Below are positions 31,305 through 39,545 of a stretch of DNA of 64,000 bases, one piece after another. The DNA comes from Hyphomicrobiales bacterium (GTDB lineage: Bacteria; Pseudomonadota; Alphaproteobacteria; Rhizobiales; OSC116). The number at the start of each line of letters is the position of its first letter. The first letter of the stretch is position 1. The DNA lies in contig JAOPTR010000016.1 of assembly GCA_051531935.1 (NCBI GenBank), forward strand, positions 354,134 through 418,133, in the 5' to 3' direction. Below the pieces are notes generated by a model. It saw only the letters and a program-made list of their open reading frames with translations, searched no databases and had not been told where the DNA came from. The position numbers were made by a program, and so were the translations under genes.

Positions 31305-31505
31305 TCACCCCTCCTTCTGCAAAACACAAACATATTGATATCGAGTTGCACTACTTTCTGTTTCATACGCCATTGTTTTATTGCTAACCTCATTGCCTCG
31401 CACCTCACATATTTCCTGTGACACATGTATGCTGTTGAGATGAATGTCATTTCTGACGGTTCCAGTTTCAACGCTGATTGAGAATATATATAGAAACCAA
31501 ATCAT
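31305..31505 (-). CDS. Hypothetical phage protein
   Basis: 66-aa ORF packed between neighbouring genes with a 4-nt overlap. Confidence 0.4.
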   Translation of the reverse strand: MIWFLYIFSISVETGTVRNDIHLNSIHVSQEICEVRGNEVSNKTMAYETESSATRYQYVCVLQKEG

Positions 31506-31882
31506 CTCATCACCCTCATTATAAAACCATCAGACACTATGTCCTGCATTTGTGTAACTTCGTCGTTTTCTCCGAATAACTTTGCGGCTATTTCTAGCGG
31601 GTCAATACCTTTCAACTTCCAGAATTTTTGCTCGTTCATACTGTGCTGCTCTCTGTGGCAGTCAGAACAAAGCGGAAGCGTCCATTTATCGTCTGGTTTT
31701 TCCTGCATACCAGTCGCGAATTTACCGTGGCTCATGTCGCCATATCTAATGTGAGCAGCTTCTGATGGCTGATACTTACCGCAAACTAGGCAGTTGCATT
31801 GACGGATTGCCTTTAAGTGGCGCTTGTTATGAATGCGGGGCTGTTTTTGGCGAACATTGCCGCTTGGTCTAATTTGGCTCAT
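31502..31882 (-). CDS. Zinc-binding HNH-like nuclease (DUF968 / P1 Ref-like)
   Basis: 126 aa from the internal ATG (ATGA overlap with the methyltransferase stop). Carries 'CLVCG...AAHIR' and 'PLCSDCHREQH' Cys/His pairs. The longer 194-aa form overlaps the upstream gene and was rejected. Confidence 0.6.
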   Translation of the reverse strand: MSQIRPSGNVRQKQPRIHNKRHLKAIRQCNCLVCGKYQPSEAAHIRYGDMSHGKFATGMQEKPDDKWTLPLCSDCHREQHSMNEQKFWKLKGIDPLEIAAKLFGENDEVTQMQDIVSDGFIMRVMR

Positions 31883-33363
31883 GCTGTCGCCCCTGAAAAT
31901 AAATCTTGTTGAATATGTGGCCGCTGCGGTTGGTGATTGTCGTTTGTGCTTGGGTTCAGAATGCCGCGTAGAATTATGGCGATAACTTCGATGGTCCAGC
32001 CATTGCCAAGCATTTTGTAGAGGTGGGTTTTCGCAACATCGGTGTTTTGTAAATATGCTTCTGGCACCGTTTGCAGCCTGGCGCACTCGGCCACGGTAAA
32101 ACGTCTGATTATGTATTGCTGTTCGTTTTCGCCTAAAACGACATTCATTTTATCACCACGCTTGCATGCGGGTAATGTGCCTGTCTTTTGTGAATTTAAA
32201 TAAAAAGCGCGTTGCTGCTGGTGTTTATTGCCGTGGTCGTTTTCCCATTCTAGATAATTTGGTGTGTGGGTTATTCTGTCTTTAGGAATGGCGACGAGGC
32301 TGTCTTTTGCAACCGTTGTCATACAATTACTTTTATGGTCTTCGCGCAATTCGAAACGTTGTTTTGCTTTTAAGTCGTTGCGGCCATCGGCACGCTTGCC
32401 GTTATCATCTAGTTTGCGGCCTACTTCTCGAGCGCCGAGTACCTCTTTACAGTTATTTTCCCATCGACTGCCCGTCATGGTTGGCGCTTTGCCCTTGGTG
32501 TCAATTATCCCACCGGTATTATTGCCGCGTGGGTATTGATAAATTTTAACAAAATTTCCGTTGTAGCTGGCATATTGCCTTGCCGTCATGCAAATAGATT
32601 TCTCTTCACCATTGGCTAATTGAGAGTGTTTTTTTTCAATTTGAAACTCTTTGTTTTTCTCCCACCAACTATGCCAACTTTCAGATTGAATAGAATCCTG
32701 ATCAATTTCCAAATCCAAAATATCAGCCAACATAATACCCCGGTCTTTGATATTCCGATCAAATGGAATATTCGTCCAATAAAGCCGCTCACGGTTTTGG
32801 GCACTAACTTTGGCGCTATTAATCAAGACAGGTGCAACGCCTAAAGCTTCACTAATCACATCTTCCCATTTTCTAGACATTTTTACGTTCTCGAGCATGA
32901 AATATAAGTTTGGATTTACGCCGCGGAAATGCTGTAATTTTTCGACAAATTCCCAAAACAGGTATGATTGGCCGATAAATGTAATGCCTTCTGCACGTAG
33001 TTTTTTGTAGGTGGCGAGATTGGTAACTTCAAAGCCTTCATCGGTGCTTGCGCCTTTGCGCCGCCCTGCCATGCTAAAATCTTGGCAAGGGCTACCGCCT
33101 ATTAACAGGTCGATAATTGGGAAGTTTTCGTTTAGCCATTCGCGCCATTTGGTTACATCGCCAACGTGGGTAATGGCATCACTCCAATTGTGCTTTGCAA
33201 CTGCCATGGCGTGTTTATCTATCTCGGCTGCAAAGTAGTTTTGCACCTTCACACCCGCAGCGACAAGGGCAAGCATTCCGCAGCTCATGCCATCGAATAA
33301 TGAAACCACGTTTAGGCCAATGGCATTGTTTTTGGCGTTTAGTCTGTGAGACAAATCAATCAT
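31879..33363 (-). CDS. DNA (cytosine-5)-methyltransferase with enlarged target-recognition region
   Basis: Motif I 'LFDGMSCG', IV 'GGSPCQDFSMAG', VI 'MLENV', VIII 'QNRER', IX 'RRFTVAECARLQTVP', X 'GNGWTIEVI'. By my count about 225 aa lie between motifs VIII and IX. Confidence 0.9.
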   Translation of the reverse strand: MIDLSHRLNAKNNAIGLNVVSLFDGMSCGMLALVAAGVKVQNYFAAEIDKHAMAVAKHNWSDAITHVGDVTKWREWLNENFPIIDLLIGGSPCQDFSMAGRRKGASTDEGFEVTNLATYKKLRAEGITFIGQSYLFWEFVEKLQHFRGVNPNLYFMLENVKMSRKWEDVISEALGVAPVLINSAKVSAQNRERLYWTNIPFDRNIKDRGIMLADILDLEIDQDSIQSESWHSWWEKNKEFQIEKKHSQLANGEEKSICMTARQYASYNGNFVKIYQYPRGNNTGGIIDTKGKAPTMTGSRWENNCKEVLGAREVGRKLDDNGKRADGRNDLKAKQRFELREDHKSNCMTTVAKDSLVAIPKDRITHTPNYLEWENDHGNKHQQQRAFYLNSQKTGTLPACKRGDKMNVVLGENEQQYIIRRFTVAECARLQTVPEAYLQNTDVAKTHLYKMLGNGWTIEVIAIILRGILNPSTNDNHQPQRPHIQQDLFSGATA

Positions 33364-33796
33364 TCAAATACCCCCAAAATTCCTTGCGCAAACTCTCATT
33401 TTCTAATGTCGGCACAAATTTCTCACATATCAGATCAATAGAAGCCTCAAAGAAACGTCTGAATTTAATGCCATCCATTGAGGCAAACGAGATTGAATCA
33501 GGCACAAAATAAGTCTTACCGTCATATCCGATGATTGTTTTAACGCGGCCAGTTGCGATCTTGAGGCTTGTGAGAAGCTGATCGACTGATGTGTATTGGT
33601 CTGACTGATCGACCACGAATTTAAGCAATGCGAAATACAATTTATGCTGCTGAGGTGATCTGTTGACCTTGAGATCAATAACGAACAACTGCCCTTCTTT
33701 GGCCGATTGTGAATACTCGATAGCGTCTGCATCATCTGGCACAAGTATCGGGTGGTTGTGATGTGGTGAGCGGGTTAAGCGCCATGTTTGCTTCAT
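33356..33796 (-). CDS. Hypothetical phage protein (possibly DUF1367-like)
   Basis: 146-aa ORF translationally coupled to RecT (ATGA) and to the methyltransferase gene. Family assignment is weak. Confidence 0.5.
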   Translation of the reverse strand: MKQTWRLTRSPHHNHPILVPDDADAIEYSQSAKEGQLFVIDLKVNRSPQQHKLYFALLKFVVDQSDQYTSVDQLLTSLKIATGRVKTIIGYDGKTYFVPDSISFASMDGIKFRRFFEASIDLICEKFVPTLENESLRKEFWGYLND

Positions 33797-34800
33797 TGCG
33801 CCCCCTCCAATTCATCAATCCGCGCTGTAAACAACTCATTCGCGGCCTTCTTATAGGTATCGGGCAAGTTTTTAATGTCTTCGTGATTTGCATCACGCGC
33901 ATTGTTAATGTCGTCCATATCTTGGGCGCGTTCTACGTCGTCCTTGATGTTTGAAAGTACCGTTTCTGGGTTAGTTGGTATATCACCCTCGTTAGCAACT
34001 TCTGGCTCTGGAGCGGCTTTTTCGATTTGTCCCTGAATTTCATTTTCTGAGTTTGGGTTTTTCTCAAATTCCAAATGTGCGACAGAGGGTGGCTTCATCG
34101 TAACCTGATTTATTTGTGGTGTGGGCTTTACCAAGTCGTAAAATTCATTGTCGCGTTCGAGTAATATATTCATTTTTTCAGTATGAATGACATATTTCGC
34201 GCCCCGACGAATAACCGTCTTACGCGCCATTTCTACAAAAAATGTTTTCCAAGGACTGTTTCCTGCCTTGGATAGTTTTCGAATTTCTGTGATTTCTTCT
34301 AAATTCATGACTTCACGATGAAGCACTTGATCATCTTTTTTGAAAACTGCATATACCCCAATAATTTCGCCTTTATTGCTCAATTTCGGTAAATGATTTA
34401 AGTGAGGGTTGTCTCCTAAGGCATAATCGAAAACATCATTCTCATAAATGCACTGCGCAATAATACTTGTGACCTCGCCCTGTTCTTTAAGGCGTTTCAT
34501 AATACCCCGAACCATTGGCATATATTGACATATACCCGCGAATGGAACGAAAGCGGCTTGGCGTCCATCTGGCAATAGTTGGTCTTCTGCACATTTCATC
34601 GCAGCGTTTATGATGCTGTTGAAATTACATTCTAACAGATTTGGGTTGCCTAAGACTGCCGTTTGACAAATGCTGATAAATGTTTCGACTTCAATATGTT
34701 TTGGCAAAACGCGCGCAATAGCTGTCTTGGTACCGTCACTATTGATAGACTGATTGAAGCTCTGGATTGGGGTTAATTGATTTGTTGCCATCTGGTTCAT
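33793..34800 (-). CDS. recT: RecT-family single-strand annealing recombinase
   Basis: 'IINAAMKCAEDQLLPDGRQAAFVPF', 'YMPMVRGIMKR' and 'PWKTFFVEMARKTVIRR' blocks typical of RecT. Confidence 0.85.
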   Translation of the reverse strand: MNQMATNQLTPIQSFNQSINSDGTKTAIARVLPKHIEVETFISICQTAVLGNPNLLECNFNSIINAAMKCAEDQLLPDGRQAAFVPFAGICQYMPMVRGIMKRLKEQGEVTSIIAQCIYENDVFDYALGDNPHLNHLPKLSNKGEIIGVYAVFKKDDQVLHREVMNLEEITEIRKLSKAGNSPWKTFFVEMARKTVIRRGAKYVIHTEKMNILLERDNEFYDLVKPTPQINQVTMKPPSVAHLEFEKNPNSENEIQGQIEKAAPEPEVANEGDIPTNPETVLSNIKDDVERAQDMDDINNARDANHEDIKNLPDTYKKAANELFTARIDELEGAQ

Positions 34801-34867
34801 TTTACTTTCCTCTTCGAAATTGACTTATTGATGCTGCAACCGTGGCCGCAGCACTGATAAAGCAAGC

Positions 34868-35617
34868 TCAACGGAGTTTGTCGGTTGTATGTTTGGTTAT
34901 GCCGTCTAGCTTTAGATTTGCGTCAGCTTTGAAAAGGTCAGCGGCAACTTTTTCTATCGCGGTAATTACGGAAGGATGAGAATGAAATAACGCAGCGGCT
35001 TTTTCACTATCGTTAATTTCTGCTGTGATAACCTGTTGCATGCGAACCGATGTAGCGCGGCCATTGATTGCCGAATTGCCAAAACTAGTTTTCTGCACAT
35101 CCGCTTTTTCGACCGTATTTGTAGCTTCACTTGCTTGTTCAAGCGCTTTGTCTGCAGCCACTTTATCGGCCAATTTTTCACTTTCTTGAGCCTTGCGCAT
35201 TGCCTCTTGTGCCTCACGCTCCTTTTTGGCCTGTTCTTCGCGTTGAGCTTTCAAATCTGCTTGGCGTTGCGCCTCTTTCTTTTGGCTGTAAGCAAGCAAG
35301 GGAGTATCAATGATTTTAACAGCCGTTTCTAGTGGCGAAGTCAAACCCTTGTAATCAGCATCGACCTTGCGTCCTGCTTCTAAATGAGGCTCTTTATCGG
35401 CTTTGCGAGCTTTGCCCAAAAGGGTGATTTGGCCTTTAATCTGTTTGCGAAAATCAGCGGCTTTATTTGCCATTTCATCGGTTTGAATGCCGCCCTTGAC
35501 TTGCAACTCAAATCTAAGCGCACCTTGATATAATTCATCTGAACGCAGCCCTAATTTTTCGAACTGGCTAAGCTCTGTTTCGCCGCTGTTATGGCCGATT
35601 TCTGCTAGTTGGCTCAT
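34868..35617 (-). CDS. Hypothetical phage protein with central coiled coil
   Basis: 249-aa ORF with a Lys/Glu/Ala/Gln-rich central region and GGAGAA SD upstream. Confidence 0.55.
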   Translation of the reverse strand: MSQLAEIGHNSGETELSQFEKLGLRSDELYQGALRFELQVKGGIQTDEMANKAADFRKQIKGQITLLGKARKADKEPHLEAGRKVDADYKGLTSPLETAVKIIDTPLLAYSQKKEAQRQADLKAQREEQAKKEREAQEAMRKAQESEKLADKVAADKALEQASEATNTVEKADVQKTSFGNSAINGRATSVRMQQVITAEINDSEKAAALFHSHPSVITAIEKVAADLFKADANLKLDGITKHTTDKLR

Positions 35618-35628
35618 TGTATTCTCCT

Positions 35629-36000
35629 TTAGAATATTGACTTGGCTTCGGTTAAATCTGCACCCGCTTGAATTTGGGTTTCGACAGTTGTTTCTTGATC
35701 TGGATTGGAGAGGCTGTTAAATGCTGCCTCGGAGATTGGTCGGCACCATTGCCAAATTTCATCGGGGTTGGTTTGTTCCCCTGCGAAGGTAGCAACTAAA
35801 TACTCGTCGTCTATTGGGTTCCCTTCCTCGTCGACCTCTTGCTGCATCCAAATTGCTATTGGCAACCATGGGCCACCTTTGACTTTTCGGGAGCGATAAA
35901 ATCCGCATTTCGGCTCGTCAAGTTGAACGCCTGGGCGCTTGCCGTTGACTGACAAATTCCAGTGTTCGTATAGGTCGGGGCGGGTGATGGCGATAATCAT
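35629..36000 (-). CDS. Hypothetical phage protein
   Basis: 123-aa ORF in the leftward early operon. Confidence 0.55.
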   Translation of the reverse strand: MIIAITRPDLYEHWNLSVNGKRPGVQLDEPKCGFYRSRKVKGGPWLPIAIWMQQEVDEEGNPIDDEYLVATFAGEQTNPDEIWQWCRPISEAAFNSLSNPDQETTVETQIQAGADLTEAKSIF

Positions 36001-36224
36001 AGGGGTGCGTCCAAAAATTGAATGTTATGAACGGCAACGTTATGAACAACACCGTTAGACATTTCCACTATTGCAGTTGAAAACGAGCTAAAGCCGTTAG
36101 CATCCTCTTCCACGTCAAGCCCAAATTGATGGAAAATACCGTTTTCGTTTACGATGGTTGACCATTTGGGCGCATCAACTTCTGATCTGTAATGGTGAAA
36201 TTTGATTTTTACGTGCCGTGTCAT
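35997..36224 (-). CDS. Hypothetical phage protein
   Basis: 75-aa ORF with 4-nt overlaps to both neighbours. Confidence 0.5.
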   Translation of the reverse strand: MTRHVKIKFHHYRSEVDAPKWSTIVNENGIFHQFGLDVEEDANGFSSFSTAIVEMSNGVVHNVAVHNIQFLDAPL

Positions 36225-36502
36225 TTCTTCATCCTTTCGATAATCTGCTCATCGACTGCCGTTCCAAGTTCATATGTGAGCAAGGCAACAACGGCATGAG
36301 AGGGGTTTTGTTTCTTCATTTCGAACAACGCCCGATTGAACTCTTGCACCGTTTTTTGTGCTTTGATGGTTTGGGCATATGCTTTTGAATATTCTTGATC
36401 GTGCAAGCATTGTTGGCCGTGTTCGTGGCGAGATTTTGCTAGCAAGTTGTCGAGGGCAGCTATATTACTGCCCTCTTCCACTGGGAGATTTTGTGCGTTC
36501 AC
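36221..36502 (-). CDS. Hypothetical phage protein
   Basis: 93-aa ORF with 4-nt overlaps to both neighbours. Confidence 0.5.
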   Translation of the reverse strand: MNAQNLPVEEGSNIAALDNLLAKSRHEHGQQCLHDQEYSKAYAQTIKAQKTVQEFNRALFEMKKQNPSHAVVALLTYELGTAVDEQIIERMKK

Positions 36503-36870
36503 TGTGCCGCCTCCAGATTAATATGGCGGTCGTCGCATGCTTCATCGGCCTGTTTACTGCTGATTTCGCGATCAACGTCATGGCCTAGAACTTCAGTCGG
36601 CCATTCTTCTGATGGTGAATTAACATCTATGTGCCATTGCTTAACAGCTTCAAAAAATTCTTCGGTAACATCGGCGCTTGTGCCTTTTGCAAGGTTTACG
36701 CAAATAACCTGATCAGCGTCTTCATAATTGCCGTTGATGAGGTCTTGAACGATTTCAGTTTTCTTTGTGCCTAAAACAGTTTCAGAGTAAATTTCGCAGT
36801 CGTCTAATTGCAAACGTACCAAATAAATTGGCTGAATTAATGGGTTTGAATTCACTAAAGTTACTGGCAT
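36499..36870 (-). CDS. Hypothetical acidic phage protein (first gene of leftward early operon)
   Basis: 123-aa ORF downstream of the PL-like promoter/operator region. Confidence 0.55.
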   Translation of the reverse strand: MPVTLVNSNPLIQPIYLVRLQLDDCEIYSETVLGTKKTEIVQDLINGNYEDADQVICVNLAKGTSADVTEEFFEAVKQWHIDVNSPSEEWPTEVLGHDVDREISSKQADEACDDRHINLEAAQ

Positions 36871-36955
36871 AAGACGTACCTTTCCCGTTCACATAAACCG
36901 CTATTTTCTAGCGTTGTGTTGAATGTTGTTTAAGTTGTTTTTGTGATTATTAAAT

Positions 36956-37003
36956 TACCAAAATGGTATTTAATTGTCAATACTATAAATTACCAAAATG
37001 GTA
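36956..37003. promoter_or_regulatory. OL-like operator pair with PL-like promoter
   Basis: Identical TACCAAAATGGTA at 36956-36968 and 36991-37003. On the minus strand, TTGACA (36980-36975) sits between them, with one operator filling the spacer towards a weak -10 (TAATTT). Confidence 0.6.
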
Positions 37004-37107
37004 TGTTTACACGTGCCTGTTGATAAACACACAAATAAGGCGTTGCAATAAGGGTGGATTCGCGCTTTTGTAATGATGAAAAAACAACAGTATTGATGGG
37101 ATTTGAT

Positions 37108-37614
37108 ATGAGTATTGGGAAGCAATTAAAGGCATTGGCAATTATTGGCTTGTGCGCATCAACACTGTTGGCTAGTGCTACAGGCTACAATTCGGGCAAT
37201 TTATTGTTTGGCGGATTTTCTGAAACTCAACTGGCTCCAAATGTTTTTGAAGTACATTTTCGAGGCAACGCGCTCACGAGCAAGCAGAGAACAAAGGATT
37301 TCCTAATTCTTCGCAGTGCTGAGCTCTGCTTAGATAGTGGATATAGATATTTCGGCGTTGCTGGCGCAGAATACAGCACAAGCACTAGCTATGGGGTCAC
37401 TCCTAGACAATCAAACACAACCGTCAACTTTTTTGGAAACACAGCCACTGCAAACACGACTTATTCAGGTGGACAGCTATATAGCTTCACAAAGCCAAAA
37501 GCAAACCAAACAATACTCTGCAAAAAATCAAAGCCTCGTGGCTTCTCATATGACGCAAGGTTCATAAAAAAATCAATCCGCGCCAAATACAAACTCGACG
37601 AAGTAAAAAGCTAG
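37108..37614 (+). CDS. Secreted/lipoprotein-like accessory protein (moron)
   Basis: Signal peptide 'MSIGKQLKALAIIGLCASTLLASA'. The mature part 'GGFSETQLAPNVFEVHFRGNALTSKQRTKDFLILRSAELCLDSGYRYF' resembles a small alphaproteobacterial lipoprotein family. Start codon is uncertain (37096 or 37108). Confidence 0.55.
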   Translation: MSIGKQLKALAIIGLCASTLLASATGYNSGNLLFGGFSETQLAPNVFEVHFRGNALTSKQRTKDFLILRSAELCLDSGYRYFGVAGAEYSTSTSYGVTPRQSNTTVNFFGNTATANTTYSGGQLYSFTKPKANQTILCKKSKPRGFSYDARFIKKSIRAKYKLDEVKS

Positions 37615-37628
37615 CCAAATCTAGGCGT

Positions 37629-37650
37629 AAAAAACCCGCGTTGGGCGGGT
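37629..37650 (-). terminator. Intrinsic terminator closing the repressor-linked operon
   Basis: ACCCGC-CCAAC-GCGGGT hairpin followed by T5 on the minus strand, 30 nt after the stop of the 157-aa gene. May also serve the convergent + strand gene. Confidence 0.7.
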
Positions 37651-37680
37651 GCTATTCGTTTGTGCTTGGCGGGTATATTT

Positions 37681-38154
37681 TTAGAGCCAGAATTTAATAG
37701 TCGGCTTCCTAAACACCTTATCATCCTCAAGTAATCCAATAAGATATTGAATTTGTTGGTGAGTTATCAAATAAACATCAATGTTATCAAGCTGACTCCC
37801 TGTATTAAAAGCGTCATCACTAGTGGCGTGTTCAAAAATAACTGACATATTTAGTTGGTAGTCATTCACTTCATCAAACCTGTTATGAAGCAGCTCAAGA
37901 GATTTCAATAAACCATAATAAGATGTATTACTCAACTGCACTTGGTCAAATTTTGGATTTGAACTAACTGACTCATCTTCAACATAAGTTCTCTTAACAA
38001 TTTCATTATATTCAGAAAGCTCACTTATGACCTTATCAATTTCGGAGTTGATAATTGCATCTCTTGCCCTAGCAGTAATAAATCTATTATTCCACATAAA
38101 TACTGAGAAAGCAGCAAAAAACGAAAAGCTTAGGTATATTAATTTTTCCATCAA
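37681..38154 (-). CDS. Membrane-anchored protein, third gene of repressor-linked operon
   Basis: 157 aa with a single N-terminal TM helix ('LIYLSFSFFAAFSVFMW') and an acidic soluble domain of about 130 aa with no known motif. Starts 12 nt after the upstream stop. Confidence 0.65.
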   Translation of the reverse strand: MMEKLIYLSFSFFAAFSVFMWNNRFITARARDAIINSEIDKVISELSEYNEIVKRTYVEDESVSSNPKFDQVQLSNTSYYGLLKSLELLHNRFDEVNDYQLNMSVIFEHATSDDAFNTGSQLDNIDVYLITHQQIQYLIGLLEDDKVFRKPTIKFWL

Positions 38155-38166
38155 ACTTATCCTAAA

Positions 38167-38484
38167 TCAACGCTTTGCAAGCGCCTTCTGAATATCTTTT
38201 TTGAATTTTTCAAAAGGGCCTTTTATGACAATATGAGACTCAGCAAAATCTGCAGATACTCCGTAGTCTTTCAACTGAATAAATGCTTCATCCAGAAAAG
38301 AAGAACCAAATCCGCCCAACATTCCCTTTACATCAATTACGATTGTTAGACCGTTTTTAAGGTTTGGAACTAAAAATTCATCCCTAAATCTTTCAGCGCT
38401 AAATGGCCCAAGCTCTTCATGTCGAGGGCCGGGATATGGTGAGTAATCCTTAGCAAAATCTATTAACAGTTCTTTGTTAGACAT
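38167..38484 (-). CDS. STAS-like DUF4325 protein, second gene of repressor-linked operon
   Basis: 105 aa from the ATG at 38484 (GGAG 6 nt upstream, directly after the TAG of the ATPase gene). 'VIDVKGMLGGFGSSFLDEAFIQL' matches the DUF4325 signature as I recall it. Confidence 0.65.
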   Translation of the reverse strand: MSNKELLIDFAKDYSPYPGPRHEELGPFSAERFRDEFLVPNLKNGLTIVIDVKGMLGGFGSSFLDEAFIQLKDYGVSADFAESHIVIKGPFEKFKKDIQKALAKR

Positions 38485-38495
38485 ATTATTCTCCA

Positions 38496-39545
38496 CTATT
38501 GCAATTGTAAATGCCATTGCACCATTGTGCCTACAAACTCCTCTGGAAGCTCATTTTTGCGCTCATCAACAACCGCGCCATTCACTATTTCTCTACTATA
38601 TTCGCCTTTTCCACTCAGGATACGAATTTTACTGTTTTCATAATTCTCAAGGTAACTTACTATATCATATAGACCACGTCCCCTGCCTTTAATTTGGGTT
38701 CGAGTTCGCCCTATTTCAATAGCGGCAGTTAATAGTTTACCATCAGAAACATTAAAAACACCAAGTTTTTTCCTATTAAAGTTAAAATACTTCAACACCC
38801 TTACCGAACTTTTCTTTTGCTGTAAGGTTCTTGGTTGCATTAATGTCTTAGGTATGCCGTGACCTAAGTCTAATAACGAAACGCTCAAAACCTTACTCTT
38901 TGAATTAAACGAACCAGTCAACCACCACCGGGTGAATTGTTTCTTCTTCTCTAAACTATAAGCATGCTCCACTACGTTCCATACCCCTTCAGAAATAGGT
39001 TTATATAGTTCCATCCTATCTTCTAACCCATGAATAAACTGACTAAGCGATCCATGGAGAAACTCGCCAATGTCTTTTCCTTCGCCTAAAAGACCTGACT
39101 TAATTTTTAATATTATGTCATTTGAAATGTTCTTTTTTTCAGGCACGTCCACATTTCTTCCAAAATGACTAAAGAAGCCCATCTCATCAAGCTTGTGAAC
39201 AACGTCTTCGTTCCATTTCTTTAGTGGAATACCAACTTTAACGTTCGGAAATGACCTAAATCTTCCTTGCATCAGGGCTGTAAGGACAAGCGCGGCTGCA
39301 GTTGATATTTCCTCTATACGTTCTAAACGAAACATTCTTCGGGTCGTGTTCGGATGTTTAGCTTCGTTAAAAAATTTGAATGTCTCTTCTGGGTTTCTGC
39401 TAAATGATAGCAATTTAGGAGGGTAAATATTTTTTTTGATTTTCCTCTTTTTCACATCAACCTTACCGTTTGCGCTGTACCACTTTCTATAAGACCGTTT
39501 TCTTATGGCAGAATAATAACCATCTGTGGGAAAGAATTTTTTCAT
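38496..39545 (-). CDS. GHKL-superfamily (SpoIIAB/RsbW-like) ATPase, first gene after the repressor
   Basis: 349 aa with ordered Bergerat-fold motifs: N-box 'EGVWNVVEHAY', G1 'LDLGHGIP', G2 'KGRGRGLYD', then 'VGTMV'. The N-terminal ~170 aa are unassigned. AGGA SD lies 5 nt upstream of the ATG. Confidence 0.7.
   Translation of the reverse strand: MKKFFPTDGYYSAIRKRSYRKWYSANGKVDVKKRKIKKNIYPPKLLSFSRNPEETFKFFNEAKHPNTTRRMFRLERIEEISTAAALVLTALMQGRFRSFPNVKVGIPLKKWNEDVVHKLDEMGFFSHFGRNVDVPEKKNISNDIILKIKSGLLGEGKDIGEFLHGSLSQFIHGLEDRMELYKPISEGVWNVVEHAYSLEKKKQFTRWWLTGSFNSKSKVLSVSLLDLGHGIPKTLMQPRTLQQKKSSVRVLKYFNFNRKKLGVFNVSDGKLLTAAIEIGRTRTQIKGRGRGLYDIVSYLENYENSKIRILSGKGEYSREIVNGAVVDERKNELPEEFVGTMVQWHLQLQ

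Noticed and set aside
31502-32086. Long 194-aa form of the HNH-like ORF.
   Set aside because: Its first 68 codons overlap the 3' end of the C5-methyltransferase gene in another frame. The internal ATG forms an ATGA stop/start overlap and retains all Cys/His motifs, so 31502-31882 is preferred.
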